A stretch of DNA of 64,000 nt from Trypanosoma brucei (Eukaryota). Location of the stretch: positions 1,376,001 through 1,440,000 of the forward strand of contig CP000069.1 in the NCBI GenBank assembly GCA_000002445.1, given 5' to 3'. Below the pieces are notes generated by a model. It was not told the DNA's origin and made no database searches. It saw nothing but the letters and a program-made list of their open reading frames with translations. Made by a program: the position numbers and the translations under genes. Below are positions 34,601 to 45,548 of the stretch, one piece after another; within the stretch, counting starts at the first letter, position 1; each line of letters starts with the position of its first letter.

Positions 34601-37533
34601 TGCGTTTCGTGAAGGTAATCGAGAAGGAAGCGGATGTACTTGTTTCTTGTTCTGTCCAGGTAAACAATGATTCACGGTTAGTAGTAAGCAAGTTTCTAAC
34701 TAAAGCGCCAGGTGACTGGTGTTGTGTGGGCGATTCTGAGAAAACCTACCTCATGCAAATCGATGATGCTGTAAGCATTGGTTTGAGCCGGTGGCGGTTC
34801 TTCATCATGACACGGGGTTTCGGGGTAATGACGTTGTCTCAGGTTGTGCCTGCCGTTGACAAGATGCTGGACTTCTGCACCAGCACATTGTGTGCCAACT
34901 CAGCGGTTTTACGTCTGAAAAAATTTTCGCTTGACCGTGTGAGTTTGGCGGTGTTCCCTTTGTTGGTTGAGCGTCTTGTCGGCGTGTTGGAGCCGCTCTC
35001 ACCGGTTTGTTTTGTGTGTAAACCAAACAATCCTCCTTCGTTCCTAGTTGGGTTCCCATGGCGGTGGTGTGAAGAACTCCAGGGTGGTCCGCAGACTGAA
35101 CATGCTGAGTTTGTCGTAGCGTGTGGATTTCACATCTCCGTTGGTGGAAGCGGAAGCACCTCTGGTAGCATTGTTCCAGTCACTCGAGCTATGCGTGTGA
35201 TACACCCCGACCTCCCTGTTAGTAAGACGCCGGCGTTAGCACGAAGCCAGTTTCTACTGTCGCAAAACATAAAAGTGTCGTCGTCGGGCGAACCCCGCGC
35301 GCTGATTCGGATCTCTCTCGCTGAAGGGCTGTCAGTATGCTTACTTGATCTACTTGATTCCGATAACTGGATGCAACTCGTGGGACACGTTGTTGCGGAG
35401 GTAGAGAAGGAATCAGACTTAATGCACGATATCATGGTTCAGCGTCTGGGTTTATCGTTGCCGGCCCGGCTAACGGAATCTATACTGGTGAGTTCGTGCT
35501 GTGGCTCCAGTGTAGACGTGCCGCAAGATGGCTGGATAAACGTACGGACTGACGAGTGCCGCTGGACCGGCAGCAATGTGCGGTTACCACCACAGTCTAC
35601 CCTTCGTTCCGACATGCTTACGATAGTTATGGAAGGGCTATGCAATCGTGGTCTGCTTGCGAACGATACAATAAGGATTGAAGATGCTGTTACTGCGCTG
35701 TATAACGAGTGTCCTCAACTTTCACTGAGGGCGTGTCACGATTTTCTTCGAAATTTTGTTCGTGAGGGAGTGTTCAAGGTAAAGCACAAGTCACTTACCT
35801 TCCGCACGGGAAACACAGTCAGTTTGGCGGAGGATGTGATGACCGCGTGTGCCTTCCGGAGACACGTCCATGGAGCACGTCTTCTCATTGAGTCGCAACA
35901 TTGGCAGAAAGGGAACGCTGATTCGCTCCAACAGATCGAGTCATTTTGGTGCACCGCACGCCGGGACGGTGAGGTGAGACTTGCTCAGGCCGTGGTGTCC
36001 CTTCAAAGTCATAACAAGCAAATTTACTGTTCTCGTGTCTCAGATTTTACTTTGCGCTCCCGGACTCACTGGCAGCCTTCAGATGATATTCTTCCACCTT
36101 CATTACCGCGGGGGGCTAACTCGCACTCTGAATACTGTCCTTCAGTGGACTCTGCTTTGCAGTCTTACGTTCAACACATTCACGGGATTTTCCCCACGGC
36201 ACGGGTCGTTGACTTGGACCCCCGAGACACAACTGTAACATCGGATGCGACACTGCTATGCCGATTCCGCTGCCGTTATGGTAAAATGGCTGACCCACAA
36301 GGAGGGGAAATAACCTTTGTTCCACATTTGTACTACGTGCTGGTCCCAGTAGCAGACACTGTTAAAATGATGGGACTGGCGCCGCTTAGGGAGGTGGGGG
36401 ATCACTGGATTGTAAAAGGTGGGTTGTTTATCGTGGAGATTGGATTTCAGGTTGTCCACTTCGCCCTGGACGTTTTTATGGTCAGCGGCTGCTCGCTCTC
36501 GGATGGCACAGCGGCCAACGCGGCCACGTGGTTCAAAAGGAAGCTTATGTTCAGCACTGTGCTCTATGATTTGACGGTTTGGCGGCTGCTTCATTGTGTT
36601 CAGATGTATGCGACCCATTTACCCGGGCAGTGGCAGACTTCCGATGCTATTGAAAACCTCGTGAAGTATTATCCAAATCCGCCTAACGAGAGCCTCAATG
36701 TCGCTGCTGTTTTCGACTTGGACGAGCCGAAATTGCGGCGCCTGCGACGACTAATGCCAAACGAGCAAAACGCTGCTCCCGGTGTCAACGCCGTCAACGA
36801 CGTCCATTTGCAGCAGCTTATCCCTGAACAAGGCGAGTTGCTTCATCGCGAATCCACAGGAGAAAAATATCAATATTGTGGTTTGATGTTATGGCGGTCG
36901 TTGCGCTTGTTAGTGTTGGTTTCCACTTTGCGCGACGTCGCCCATTGCGATAGGCGTCAGAATAGTGACCTTTACAAGTTGGTAATGAATGCGAAGAGCT
37001 CACTCCTTCGGATGCTCATAGATAGCACACTTCGGCAGCAGTTGCAACTAACGTGGAAGAGATTCCTCACACCTCCAATTGAAGCACAGGAGCTACAAGA
37101 GGGTGATGTGGAGGAGGCGTTGCAGGATTTACGCGTTTTGCAAACGAAAAGCGCAAGGGTATCTATTGTTAGTTTTTTAGAACCGTTCCTTTCCCTAGAT
37201 TTGAACTGGGCGAATGCGCTTTTCAACTCTGGAAGATACCTATCACGGTTGTGTTTTAATGAATATGCCCTTCATTTATTACCCGTTGATGGCAGTCAAA
37301 CGCGGGGTGGAGCCATTATGACTTTGGGGAGTGGCTCACTTGACTGTGGATGTCTCGTTGTTGTCGAATTCAGTCGTTGTGAGGAGCGTGGAGTAATAGA
37401 AAATGGGGTATTGTACAGGAGTTACGGCGAACGGATAACCTCCACTTCATCCATGAGTGAAGCCGAACTGGAACTTGTTGAGTGTGTGTTAGGGATTCTC
37501 TCTAGTCTTTTGTGGAGTGGTGAGGCATGCTAG
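28693..37533 (+). CDS. Giant hypothetical protein (2946 aa)
   Basis: This 8.8 kb uninterrupted ORF is far beyond chance length and sits on the sense strand of the unit. Composition is balanced and I recognise no catalytic motif. Confidence 0.7.
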   Translation: MDSSPVYPYLLFPNADEFHAADKVKYAIRHAVGQRSPNRLLTPRELREHHRLVRSIEDLELTLLLKDTSPMAVESSAPFDGNHQSSTGSLSHNSGGFPSSSTASSAKGICMTSGMSAGAEEEIWDNGRVNADLWNWPVEALHQQYSLLIAIDFGASSFCVSGRGRVLVDYVPCAVKTVLDVISTTLKTRRDEMSQIKRWVQLHVEESEWENVLGQVWDPVVDVTIILINVPVFDISPTTAHDEMRHLESVKVSGGDDNIMDLFPETAQSFNRFERGFSDETINNCTWIPLVTRCAAEALLRDSTLISRLGRTLSAYEEACRAQSCGGWPDVSLFTSIEHLVRLVPERSSRCTSVVLLTNAGEEALFDNYSLLESCVRRKNIILSILLLSEAGFLQGSNISLLSRFLLSVGGFAVHLDQWLSLGAHWLNVEWCRRFVGSRCLAQQLLVQLETKFPINVLHLPQNVPLTVTSRPDNHYVLYDASHGLEDFSLPNTSGVVQLLRCIAEGKVNEGWSVVMNYSSDASQVAHLYARWHCNMKRGRLIVSYEMDISYPVVHRCVCVSGTRLLVDQFVKAKGEDRGVSAGVGMARTSWATSLAVMRSQFDGWMRAEEVAVQCLRTTENPPDFPILDELRRLSSREGVSSWWLSYCNVRSIGIFFRWDDETLRSHHSYTTAERICVPSVTGEAIHVLRAALKKNHRLLGGSEGSDIYIFGSDKGDVQYVVQTLLLDEPTASERGSLLAVGFELRFSFFLRDAEGVERTLAKVAGDVKACLSSSKRGDSRISGRQTLVVEVEADERNRREVHFYNSVVSCQRFEQLCEFHGSSASCSALSDRVASRRSHVNELRSSSGLVGKVKATRTAHKFVYQASLSPYIVSPWVLADALVLHWVVETAGAWGTFANASFNLFVMRRIRDGFRLLYCMAQYKAVLHVTRAYDEHDPVDVFDVVVAPPGTADGRRGSQIILYRVVRPFKFGVSPRYRSQLISDILKDIQANTVLHTFEALSASAVLSTEGSSQQPKDLPRGCLGQRPQPQLLLQFCSPDCGYSISLPILSSRNGEEAGNDLRVAVQRLLSLLCDDYTFVSESLVPESLQQRLYGTVSLKCDAPVGIPPLQQQQLLVCVLRPAQCCCVTLLLVPGPSTVPSSGGNAREVTVHVLSLDAAALYEGVMRHYGRITGDVDKGGVHSCSDNSLRESLNILLTSFSSLHVGSQFLRYERSHQGNFHDLRAIWGEEMLRVFTPFQDYFREIDVSYLIFMHHGSFIDCTNEEPCESRLESLIASLLQSASLRPMSTNPTVFLRATEVVEDVQVEEGVNTSNVSELANVPFLMKLALLRVSEPGYVNDCAWISAPCEGVTGETDCVKLLLDIFMQRKRYHQKQRLVLQCFIKTSPCQLFDVAGGERSLTPQVARDIFRKLQETPRTQGGSEPASNLQTFFAEEMHTETLQTLRRWSLPYEEIPMKARLSFDSLIWGAISQMVQYSLTESLKSQPFEELRNVVMGGQTSDAEEGLVSDSGQPNKVTSDANAADARGEGVDMEVLAHDSVDVVEAVSRIVGLSELMSVTVIPALLSVPCFELDSFTVQFTRQPACADNVEPSIVLRDVFTRCLSEDLVCVVPASDFCYLFIPNRRYFSSWWLMIDVRTVQETATECRLRLLCNKPRDPDVCGRVGKHLRRLIEARVREANQMYLLRQLRDTQSANKELIPFHWGNQFNPPAPINKNKKGSGPPTQLAMTSMPFHCRGVAVRKIPVYYKLQHQCQKVLNRITNSSSRLELINIYNREQCFIVADDAQKDTFHYIRLVFVKDTSSQPSVTEPAPRLSPADCCPWVVVQLFSATKNALVSRPLRKLEDFLYLLAVQELRDHLNYVQHKVISSVDLNFLQYKALDPITIDLKDANDDQNLDETDTQLAFALVVLSLHEMKFKHFEVESEQTGAFSNFMEYYKLQMRTDRLTNASTAAQPVLGDVYKCGWNALLRFVKVIEKEADVLVSCSVQVNNDSRLVVSKFLTKAPGDWCCVGDSEKTYLMQIDDAVSIGLSRWRFFIMTRGFGVMTLSQVVPAVDKMLDFCTSTLCANSAVLRLKKFSLDRVSLAVFPLLVERLVGVLEPLSPVCFVCKPNNPPSFLVGFPWRWCEELQGGPQTEHAEFVVACGFHISVGGSGSTSGSIVPVTRAMRVIHPDLPVSKTPALARSQFLLSQNIKVSSSGEPRALIRISLAEGLSVCLLDLLDSDNWMQLVGHVVAEVEKESDLMHDIMVQRLGLSLPARLTESILVSSCCGSSVDVPQDGWINVRTDECRWTGSNVRLPPQSTLRSDMLTIVMEGLCNRGLLANDTIRIEDAVTALYNECPQLSLRACHDFLRNFVREGVFKVKHKSLTFRTGNTVSLAEDVMTACAFRRHVHGARLLIESQHWQKGNADSLQQIESFWCTARRDGEVRLAQAVVSLQSHNKQIYCSRVSDFTLRSRTHWQPSDDILPPSLPRGANSHSEYCPSVDSALQSYVQHIHGIFPTARVVDLDPRDTTVTSDATLLCRFRCRYGKMADPQGGEITFVPHLYYVLVPVADTVKMMGLAPLREVGDHWIVKGGLFIVEIGFQVVHFALDVFMVSGCSLSDGTAANAATWFKRKLMFSTVLYDLTVWRLLHCVQMYATHLPGQWQTSDAIENLVKYYPNPPNESLNVAAVFDLDEPKLRRLRRLMPNEQNAAPGVNAVNDVHLQQLIPEQGELLHRESTGEKYQYCGLMLWRSLRLLVLVSTLRDVAHCDRRQNSDLYKLVMNAKSSLLRMLIDSTLRQQLQLTWKRFLTPPIEAQELQEGDVEEALQDLRVLQTKSARVSIVSFLEPFLSLDLNWANALFNSGRYLSRLCFNEYALHLLPVDGSQTRGGAIMTLGSGSLDCGCLVVVEFSRCEERGVIENGVLYRSYGERITSTSSMSEAELELVECVLGILSSLLWSGEAC

Positions 37534-39894
37534 GGATGAATAAAGCAAATTACCTGGAAGACGTAGGATCCGTTGCACACTGTTTCCTTAGTTTTTACTG
37601 AGAAAATTGCACACGCCACGCAGCGCTGATAGTTGAATACAAGAAAATGGAATTCTCCACGCACTTGATCGGTGTGCTTTAAATGTCTTATACATTCAAC
37701 TCGGAGCCTTCCCCATTTCCTCTTCTGTCGTTTCTACACCCACCCTTCTACTTTTCCATCCGTGTTTGATAAACTATAAGGGGCAAAAGAAAAAGGCGAC
37801 AAAGGCACGGCGACATGTAGAAATTAAGGCGTCAGATCATATAGAGAATTCGCGTTCATCATCAACTTCTTGCGAATAACACGATCACAAGAATATACCG
37901 CAAACCTTAGTCGTTATTCAAAGATTAGCCATGTTCGTTCCTACGGTTGTTTTAACTCCGTTCGGTGGCCTGAATACTTGTTGGAGAGTGTAAACGTCTG
38001 AAGTAAAGCGTCAGTAGGGGAGGCAAAAGGTGTTTCTATCGGTATGCTTGGAGGGAGAAATTACTCTCCCTATTTACATTCCAGCCCGATCCTCAGTAAC
38101 TTCACTGTCGTGGAGACGATGTTGCCAACGTGGTAACCCGCGAATCTGTCATTCTGCTTTGGGTTCTGCTCACGAACTTTATCTTGTTAGGGAAAAAAAA
38201 TTAATAAAGCTGCCACACCTGTTAGGTGAGTGGCTTAACTCGCCGTGTTGCCAGAAGGTTAGACGCGGGTTCGGGTTTGTATAATACCAGGCAATTGCTT
38301 GTGTGGAGTTCGCAATTTTATTTGTTTGATTGATGGATGGAAAGTCCTGTTACAAAATAATGGCGTCTTATCGAAACCAGCCATATCACCTTATTGTCTG
38401 GGTTACGGACTCCGACGCGGTGTGTGCGGGGGGGAGGGGAATATTTTCATGTAAGTTGTTGTTTAGGTATTGAGGCATGTGAATTGCTGTTGGTTAATGG
38501 TGAAGGAGTAAACGGCAACGCGGTCTCTTTTCTCTGATGTGAGAAAGGGATTTATTCATACGGCATCCTCGGCATGAAGCTGCATTTCTATGGATATTCG
38601 ATGACAATTCTTGTTATTAGCGCCCAGGTGTGTCAAAAGGAGCACAAGTCCATTTTTTTTCGTGTCTCGCAATGGAATACTGGTGTCTTTTCCCAGTCAG
38701 GAAGAACAAACCTTGCGAAAGTGTGCTCGAGAAAAGAAGAGTGGGTTTTTGCACTTTACAGGAATTACATCTGTGTAAAGAAGGGGAACACACAATGACG
38801 TATTTATACCAGAACACTAGAATGACGTGATACCTTAAAGGTTGATTGGTGCTGACACTTGCGAGGGGTGCCAGAGACGTAGTACAGGGCTCGCAAGAAA
38901 AAGAATAATAATGGAAACTGTGGAAACGTTTCAACTAAACTGAAAGTCGATCAGGAGTGACGGAACACACTTGTGTCAATATGTTGCTGGGGATATCTGT
39001 GATTACCCGAGCACCGCTAGAGAAGGCACATAAGGGACAACTTAAGGATGTGCAGAAAAGAAATAGAATATCAATGAGAGGGAAGTGGAAACTTGAACAT
39101 CTTACATATCATTTGGAATGCTACCTTCGAATAGGGTTCAGCAGAATATCAGGGATAAACGATATTGGCATCTGAAGGAATAGTGGTTACTTATAGGAAT
39201 AGGGATTCACAATGAAGCTGAGGAAATTTTTTTCAGTTGTTGGAGGTGTAGGAACAGAGGCTGCATAAAGGAGGAGGGAAGACAGTGAAAACATTAATGA
39301 ATCTCTTGAGGAGTTAGAGAGACCGACGCCTGAAAAAAAAAAAGAAAAAAGGACACCGCCAGAAGGGCTGAACATAGCACACCATCAATTCGGATGCTGT
39401 GCTGTGAACTGTGCGTGTTCCTGCTCAGGAATCTGCTGAATATGCCAAGAGTGGCCACCCGTAGAGGGAGAATAGAGATTAAAAAGCTGCAAGTGACGCA
39501 ACTTTCCCAGTAACGAAGGCGTCTCCCAAGACGGCCCTCCAGCACCCTCAAATAAAACAAGATATACGTAGCGACTTGTTTTCTTCAAGCACGTGTGGTG
39601 CACGCGCAGACACATGGCATAGAAACAGCGTAATACTTTAAGGATAGAGTGCTGGGAAGCTTCATTGGTTTAATTCCAATATTGTGTCTTAAAGGTACTG
39701 CGCAGATAATGTTAATTGGGGATCACCTTGCAAAAGCGAATCGTTATTTCACATGGAATTGATACATTTCGTATGTAAAATATTCGAGCAACAACATTTA
39801 GAAATAACCCCAAAAATAACATATTCCTCTTCCGTCAAGTGCGCGAACACAAAGTGGAAGGGTCAAAGTTTTCCTTCAAATGAGCGACTTCTTG

Positions 39895-39954
39895 CGAGCT
39901 CAGACCTCTTCACAATTTATATTTGATGCTGCTCGTGTGGGTTATAAATGGTGA
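39895..39954 (+). repeat. Dispersed ~60 bp repeat, copy A. Copy B is at 62014..62073 with 2 mismatches.
   Basis: cctcttcacaatttatatttgatgctgctc[g/c]tgtgggttataaatggtgaga[g/a]gaggaca occurs on the same strand at both sites. The two copies bracket the RHS/ingi block. Confidence 0.8.
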
Positions 39955-42900
39955 GAGGAGGACATGTAAGGAAGTGTGTTGAATGGCGAACTAAATGGTG
40001 CCGACCAATCAGTGCAAATGACTGAAAGTGATCTCACCAAGATGCACATGTGCTAATAGAAAAATGGAGAAAAGGGGATAATTAATTATTATGATTATTA
40101 TTTTGATTAACCGGACGAATCAACACCCACATATATTTTGTGCGCATATCATAAAAAAATGAAAGAGTTTTAAAAAACACATGCATTATTATAGAGCCAA
40201 ATTATTCTTGTTAGTACTCGGAATGGTTGGGGAAATGTGTAATAAAACTGAAAGCGTAATATGAAGAAATTTGGGATTGCATTTGGATTGCTTTTGGTCA
40301 CTGCCTCGTCACAACGTTGAGTCAACTTTGAATGGAGACGGGAGTTAGCACAGCATGGGATCTCATTTATCAACTAAGGAAAGCAGAGATGAATGATTTA
40401 TTTTCTTATTGAGGCAAGACTGCGTGACAAGCTGTCAAGATATCGTGTTGGCTGATGCAGCTTTTGGGCCACACGTGTGAAACTGTTTTATTTTTCTTTT
40501 TTTTTTTTAAAGGAGAAACTGAAACATTTACTGCTGAGGATGTGCGGTTATATTCCTTGTTTGTCACGTGTTATTTAACTGTGCCATCTGTTGTTCTGTC
40601 TTCTGGAGGACATTATGCAAAAAAATTACAATTTTTTGAGATGATGTTGTGTATTTGGATGGGTAATGTCAAACAGATGTTGAATAAAGATGAATATAAT
40701 TAACATTATTCCCGCTTATAGTAACCATAAATTCAATGATATGAAATATATTACCGCTTAAACTTTTAGTAACAACACGATAGGAAATAATGTAAAAATA
40801 AAATCTGTGTGCAGTGTTGTACAGTATCATTTGTGTGCTTTGCGTGCATATGTTGATGATGCTTAGTTACTTATTTGCTACTATAAATGAGACTGTGTGA
40901 GTTTTGCTCTATTCTTTATTTACATTGTAAGATATGTTGAATTGTTGAACATTTTGCTTTTGTCACTTTACAGCTATATTAGTGTGGTTGTGTTTTGCTT
41001 CGATGCATGCTGAGAGTTCAATTGTTGGAAGTCGTTTCGACCAATAGGTTGCACTTACTTACGTTGAGTTTCTTTAGATACACTTTTATTTTTTATTTCT
41101 TTATCAATGCATGAAATATATATATATATATGTTTATATTTCTTGTTCTTACTTTTCTATCTTAATATTGATTATGTTTCCTTACTCTGTTGTGTAGTCC
41201 TCACATTCCTTAACATGCAGTAATTTTTTTAATCCCACAAAATCTCCCACACCTCTTTCATGGAAAAGGGTATACGTAGTAAGGTTTTGATTGCCACTAT
41301 TATGTTAGATATTAATTAATGATCAATTCAACTTATCATTCTGATAAAAAAAATGTATGCATAACTTAGTGTATTGCTTTCGAACTGTAAATGTGTACTC
41401 ATTCATGTGGAAGATGTTTTTATAACCTCATTTTTTGTATTTTCGTTTGTGCGATTTAATTTCAGAATATTTGTCTTCAGTTTGTGTTTGAACTCCTCAT
41501 GAGCATTTAGTTACTCCTTCCTTTGAGTAGTTTGTTATTCCATGTGCAGTTTAACTGAATTTATGATCATTTGTAGTAAATTGATGTTCTAACATGGTCA
41601 AGGTATTTATTATTTCTTGCTGGAAGGTGTTTGTAATTTGAACACGCACGAAGGTAAACATATGAATTTCTTTTTCACACTTACACAGTGGTACAATGTG
41701 ATTATTTCTATATATATTCTTTTCATAATACTTTGGATACTGCGCACATAACATTCCTTCCTTCTAAAACTTTGTACACCTTTTACTTTTTCTCTCTTGT
41801 TGTTTAGAAATTTTCATGACGCCGTACATAATAACATAACTAAGCATTAGGAATATAATTGTATTTAGTGTCATATTTACTCCCCTAGTATTACTTACAA
41901 TATGAAGGGGAAAACTGGTAAAGGAATATAAACATACAAGAAGTGAGATTACGTGACAGTATTTTCCTTATGCAACTGTGGAAACAGGAAATTGTGTATT
42001 AAATATCTGTCTGGAATGGGGAGAAAAACAAAGTTGAAAAGGTATTACGAAGGATTACAATGTGTTTTCATGATGTTACAATAAATGGTTTTATTCAGAT
42101 GCATATTGGGAGCACTTACCACGTGTTTGACTCCAACAATGTGAAAATGAATTTATTTATGGATATGCCGACTTTAATTGCCATCTGATGATTCATTACA
42201 TTCTATTATAATGAACTCAGCAGCTTACAGGAATCATCAACCGGAACGTGAAAATTTTATCAATAAAAAATTTGGCAACGGGAGATGTTGTCAAGTTACT
42301 GCACAAAACCGATGTATTACATTTTGTATATTGAGGAAGTAAGAATGGAATGGTTACTGTCTTTTCTGGAGTGAAGTTTCGGTTGTGTTGTGCCTTTAGG
42401 ATCGTAATATTCTTCAAAAATGAGAAGGTTATGACAGTGACAACATCGCGACAGGAATATACCAGCGATAATCTTTTTAACTGGAAAATGGAAAGTCTAG
42501 TTCTTGATGTGCTGTTGGAAAGTTATGCAGTTTGTTTTTTTATATACAAAAGCGGTGTCGCTTTTATTGTGAGTTTGCAGTCTGTAAAAAAAGCAACACA
42601 ACGGAGTGTACAGGAACTTTATTGTAAATGATGGCGGTCGAAAGCAGTAACAACTCGTACGTGTCTCTCAGTTCTACAGAGAAAAGCCGCGGAATCTCCA
42701 GTAAAACAAACCCAGCCAATGCACAAATGGGAAATCCATCCAAAATGCGATTCACTGGACAACGTAAGAAATCGAGTAGTCATGCATTTGGTTTGGATTA
42801 CTACCAGTTGGTGGAAAGGGATATAGCTTTACTGCGGAGGGAAAATCTTATCGCACATCTTCATAACAAGGATGCCATCATTGTGGATTAGGGAGCTCTC

Positions 42901-45114
42901 ACAATAACTTTCAATACTGATCCGTACAGGGCAGTGTGAGGCACGCGGTTATCGCAGTTGGGGGATATCAAAAAGTTTTTGAGTGTGTGGGAAAGAATAA
43001 CGGCACCCAGCAGTCGATTTGTCAAAAAGACACTAAAACCTTACGGAATGACGGCACCTTCAACAAAAAGGGGAGAACTTTCACCTTCACGCAACAGCAG
43101 TAGTCGCAACAGAGAACGATTTGGAATCCCGCATTTTAGCAGAAATGTGAAAGCATGTAAACACCAAGGAATTTCCTCGCAACACCGCTCGCCATCTCGA
43201 GTTGCGGGCTGACGTATGAAACGGTTCAGGAAATTTAACAGCACTAATGTAAAGATATTTGATGAATGGGCAGCTTTCTCGTAGATGATTTCACACCCCA
43301 CGAGGAAAGTAGCGGGACACGTCTTCATTCCAGAGGCTCAGCATTTTGTTATTTGCTCATCAAATTAAAGTGACTTCGGAGACTCAGCAGCAGCAGAACT
43401 TTCCGGTACAACAGATAGATGCGACTAGGTTATCACTGCATTGGGTTAGAGAGAGAGACCTAACATCCAGTCTCGACGGCGATATGATGAAATGTAGCAA
43501 ATTACGCGTAAAGCCCCGAAGCGTAGGAAGATTGGGAACAATAACCGAAATTGACTGTTTCCAAAGTAGATGCATTTATTTTGGAGACTCATCATGGGAT
43601 GGGTAGTGCCAGCTTTACAGTGATGAAGGGGAAGCCAAGTCACGAGTAGATGTTTTATCACACGGCCAAAGCTGATAAATAACCATGATAATTATGAAAC
43701 CATGGCCTCATTAGAACATGTGTTCCGTTATTTGATTGCAGTCTGCAATGAAGCTGCAGCATTCATCTTTGACTCAAAGGCTCCGTTTCTTTCTTTCAGG
43801 TGGAACTTGTAGCGTATATTTGCGCATGTCTCCGGTTGCCAAACGAAGAATGGAAAACTTGTGGAACCAATCCATCTTTCAATGGGTTATGAATATGGTT
43901 CAGGATATCCTACGCACGATTATACTCAGGCCCCGGAAAGAGACACAGAAGTGGTTTAAAGAAAATGTATCGCACCGCATCGCTAAAAACATGTGCGAAC
44001 TTATAACATTCGCATAAAGTGTATTACAGAAAGTCATCAAGGAGTTGGAGTGTAATGATAAGGGAGCATATGGTACAATACGGTGCCATGGTAGGAGAAA
44101 GCAAACTCTTCGCAGAATACAATTTCATATGGGTTCATTTTGATCACGAGAGAAAAATATGCCACCTTTCGGTGGAGCAAACAAACGGCAAAACTCAGGA
44201 AGGCCGCTTCGATGGAAAAAACAAAAACGAGAAAACAGTTGAAGAACATAATATCCCGCATGATGTACACGGCAGACGTACGAGGAAATTCTCTATTCCA
44301 ACAACATTATCTCTTTTTGAAGATGGTGCGCCGACGACCTTTAAAGCTCAATACATGATTATTGGAGGAAACTGATTCGACTCGCCTTTCATCGTATTCC
44401 ATGAAGAGAAAACAACAGTGGCTTAATATATTTCTTAACAGCGAGTATGTCAATTCACCGAGTTATTTACCAACACCATCCAAATTATTCGCAGGCACCT
44501 CAATGAAAGATTGGGAAGCAATACCGTTTAGGGTTAGTGGGAAGTTATGAGCCCCAGGAGGACCAGTGGGCGCAACCACATTTTTGTGTTTCGCAGGTGG
44601 AGGCGAGAGCAGTAGACTTGAAATTACAAAGGCATTTGGAAATAACATTTCATCACAGCTGCACCGGTGCATTAACAATACCAAGTTCATACATGTAACA
44701 ACTAAAGTGAATGTACAATTCATAGACTGTTGTGTGAAGTAACTTTAATCAACCAGATATTGAAAGAAGCGGAAGCATCAAAGTCACTTGGGACTGCGTT
44801 ATTTTTACACATTATTATGCTGATGGTATTTTACAGGACGAGGCAGTTATGGTCAGAGACATGACGAAATGCTGGAGCTTGCAATGCGGATAGTTGAGGG
44901 AAGATTAAGTACAGTAACAAGATTTCTTTCTTGTAATTTTTATTTAAAAATAATGTATAAGATATATAATAATTATTTTCTCTCGCTCAATACGTCTCTG
45001 GTTTGAGGTATGAAGACAATATATTTATATTTATTGTTGCTTTCAGTATTTTGTTTTTTTTATTTCTTTGTAAGGTGTGCCAGCCACTAACTATTCTGCA
45101 TGTAACTGAGTATT

Positions 45115-45548
45115 CTACGTTTTGCATAGCTTATCACTAAAACTATTATTTCCTATTCCTCAATGTAATGTCGAACTAATTTATTTTTTTTTCTTTTGCA
45201 TACATATATATGTAAGTATATTATTTTTTTCTGAAATGATTGTGTACAGTAGTTGGGAAATGTTGTTTGGGTTTTCCTCCAAACAGAAATGTTTATTCAT
45301 ACTGTCATGCCTTATTTGTGCTTAAGTTGCCGTGGCTCCCCAACACATGATAAGATTTGTATTGAATCCTAATTTTAGTAAATAGTTTTCATCTGTCATA
45401 TTAATTCCTAATATTCATTTATTGTATATTTATTTTGGTTTAGAAGTGTATCCGTTTTATATTCCCTCATCTTAATTCTTTTTTTTTATATTACAAAGAA
45501 AGGAAATAACACAACGCACTCAATTAAGATTATTATTCGGAGAGTGAA
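45115..45548 (+). repeat. RHS 5'-flank repeat, copy 1 (duplicated at 50283..50712)
   Basis: About 430 bp are near-identical between the two loci (catagcttatca.taaaact...gtttattcatact...atgataagatttgtattgaatcctaattttagtaaatagttttcatctgtcatattaattcc...caattaagattattattcggagagtgaaATG). Confidence 0.85.

Noticed and set aside
42628-42891. 87 aa ORF (MMAVESSNNSYVSLSSTEKSRGISSK...) in the ORF-poor stretch
   Set aside because: It is isolated, has no upstream pyrimidine tract of note, and its low-complexity S/N-rich composition resembles the surrounding AT-rich DNA. Evidence is insufficient.
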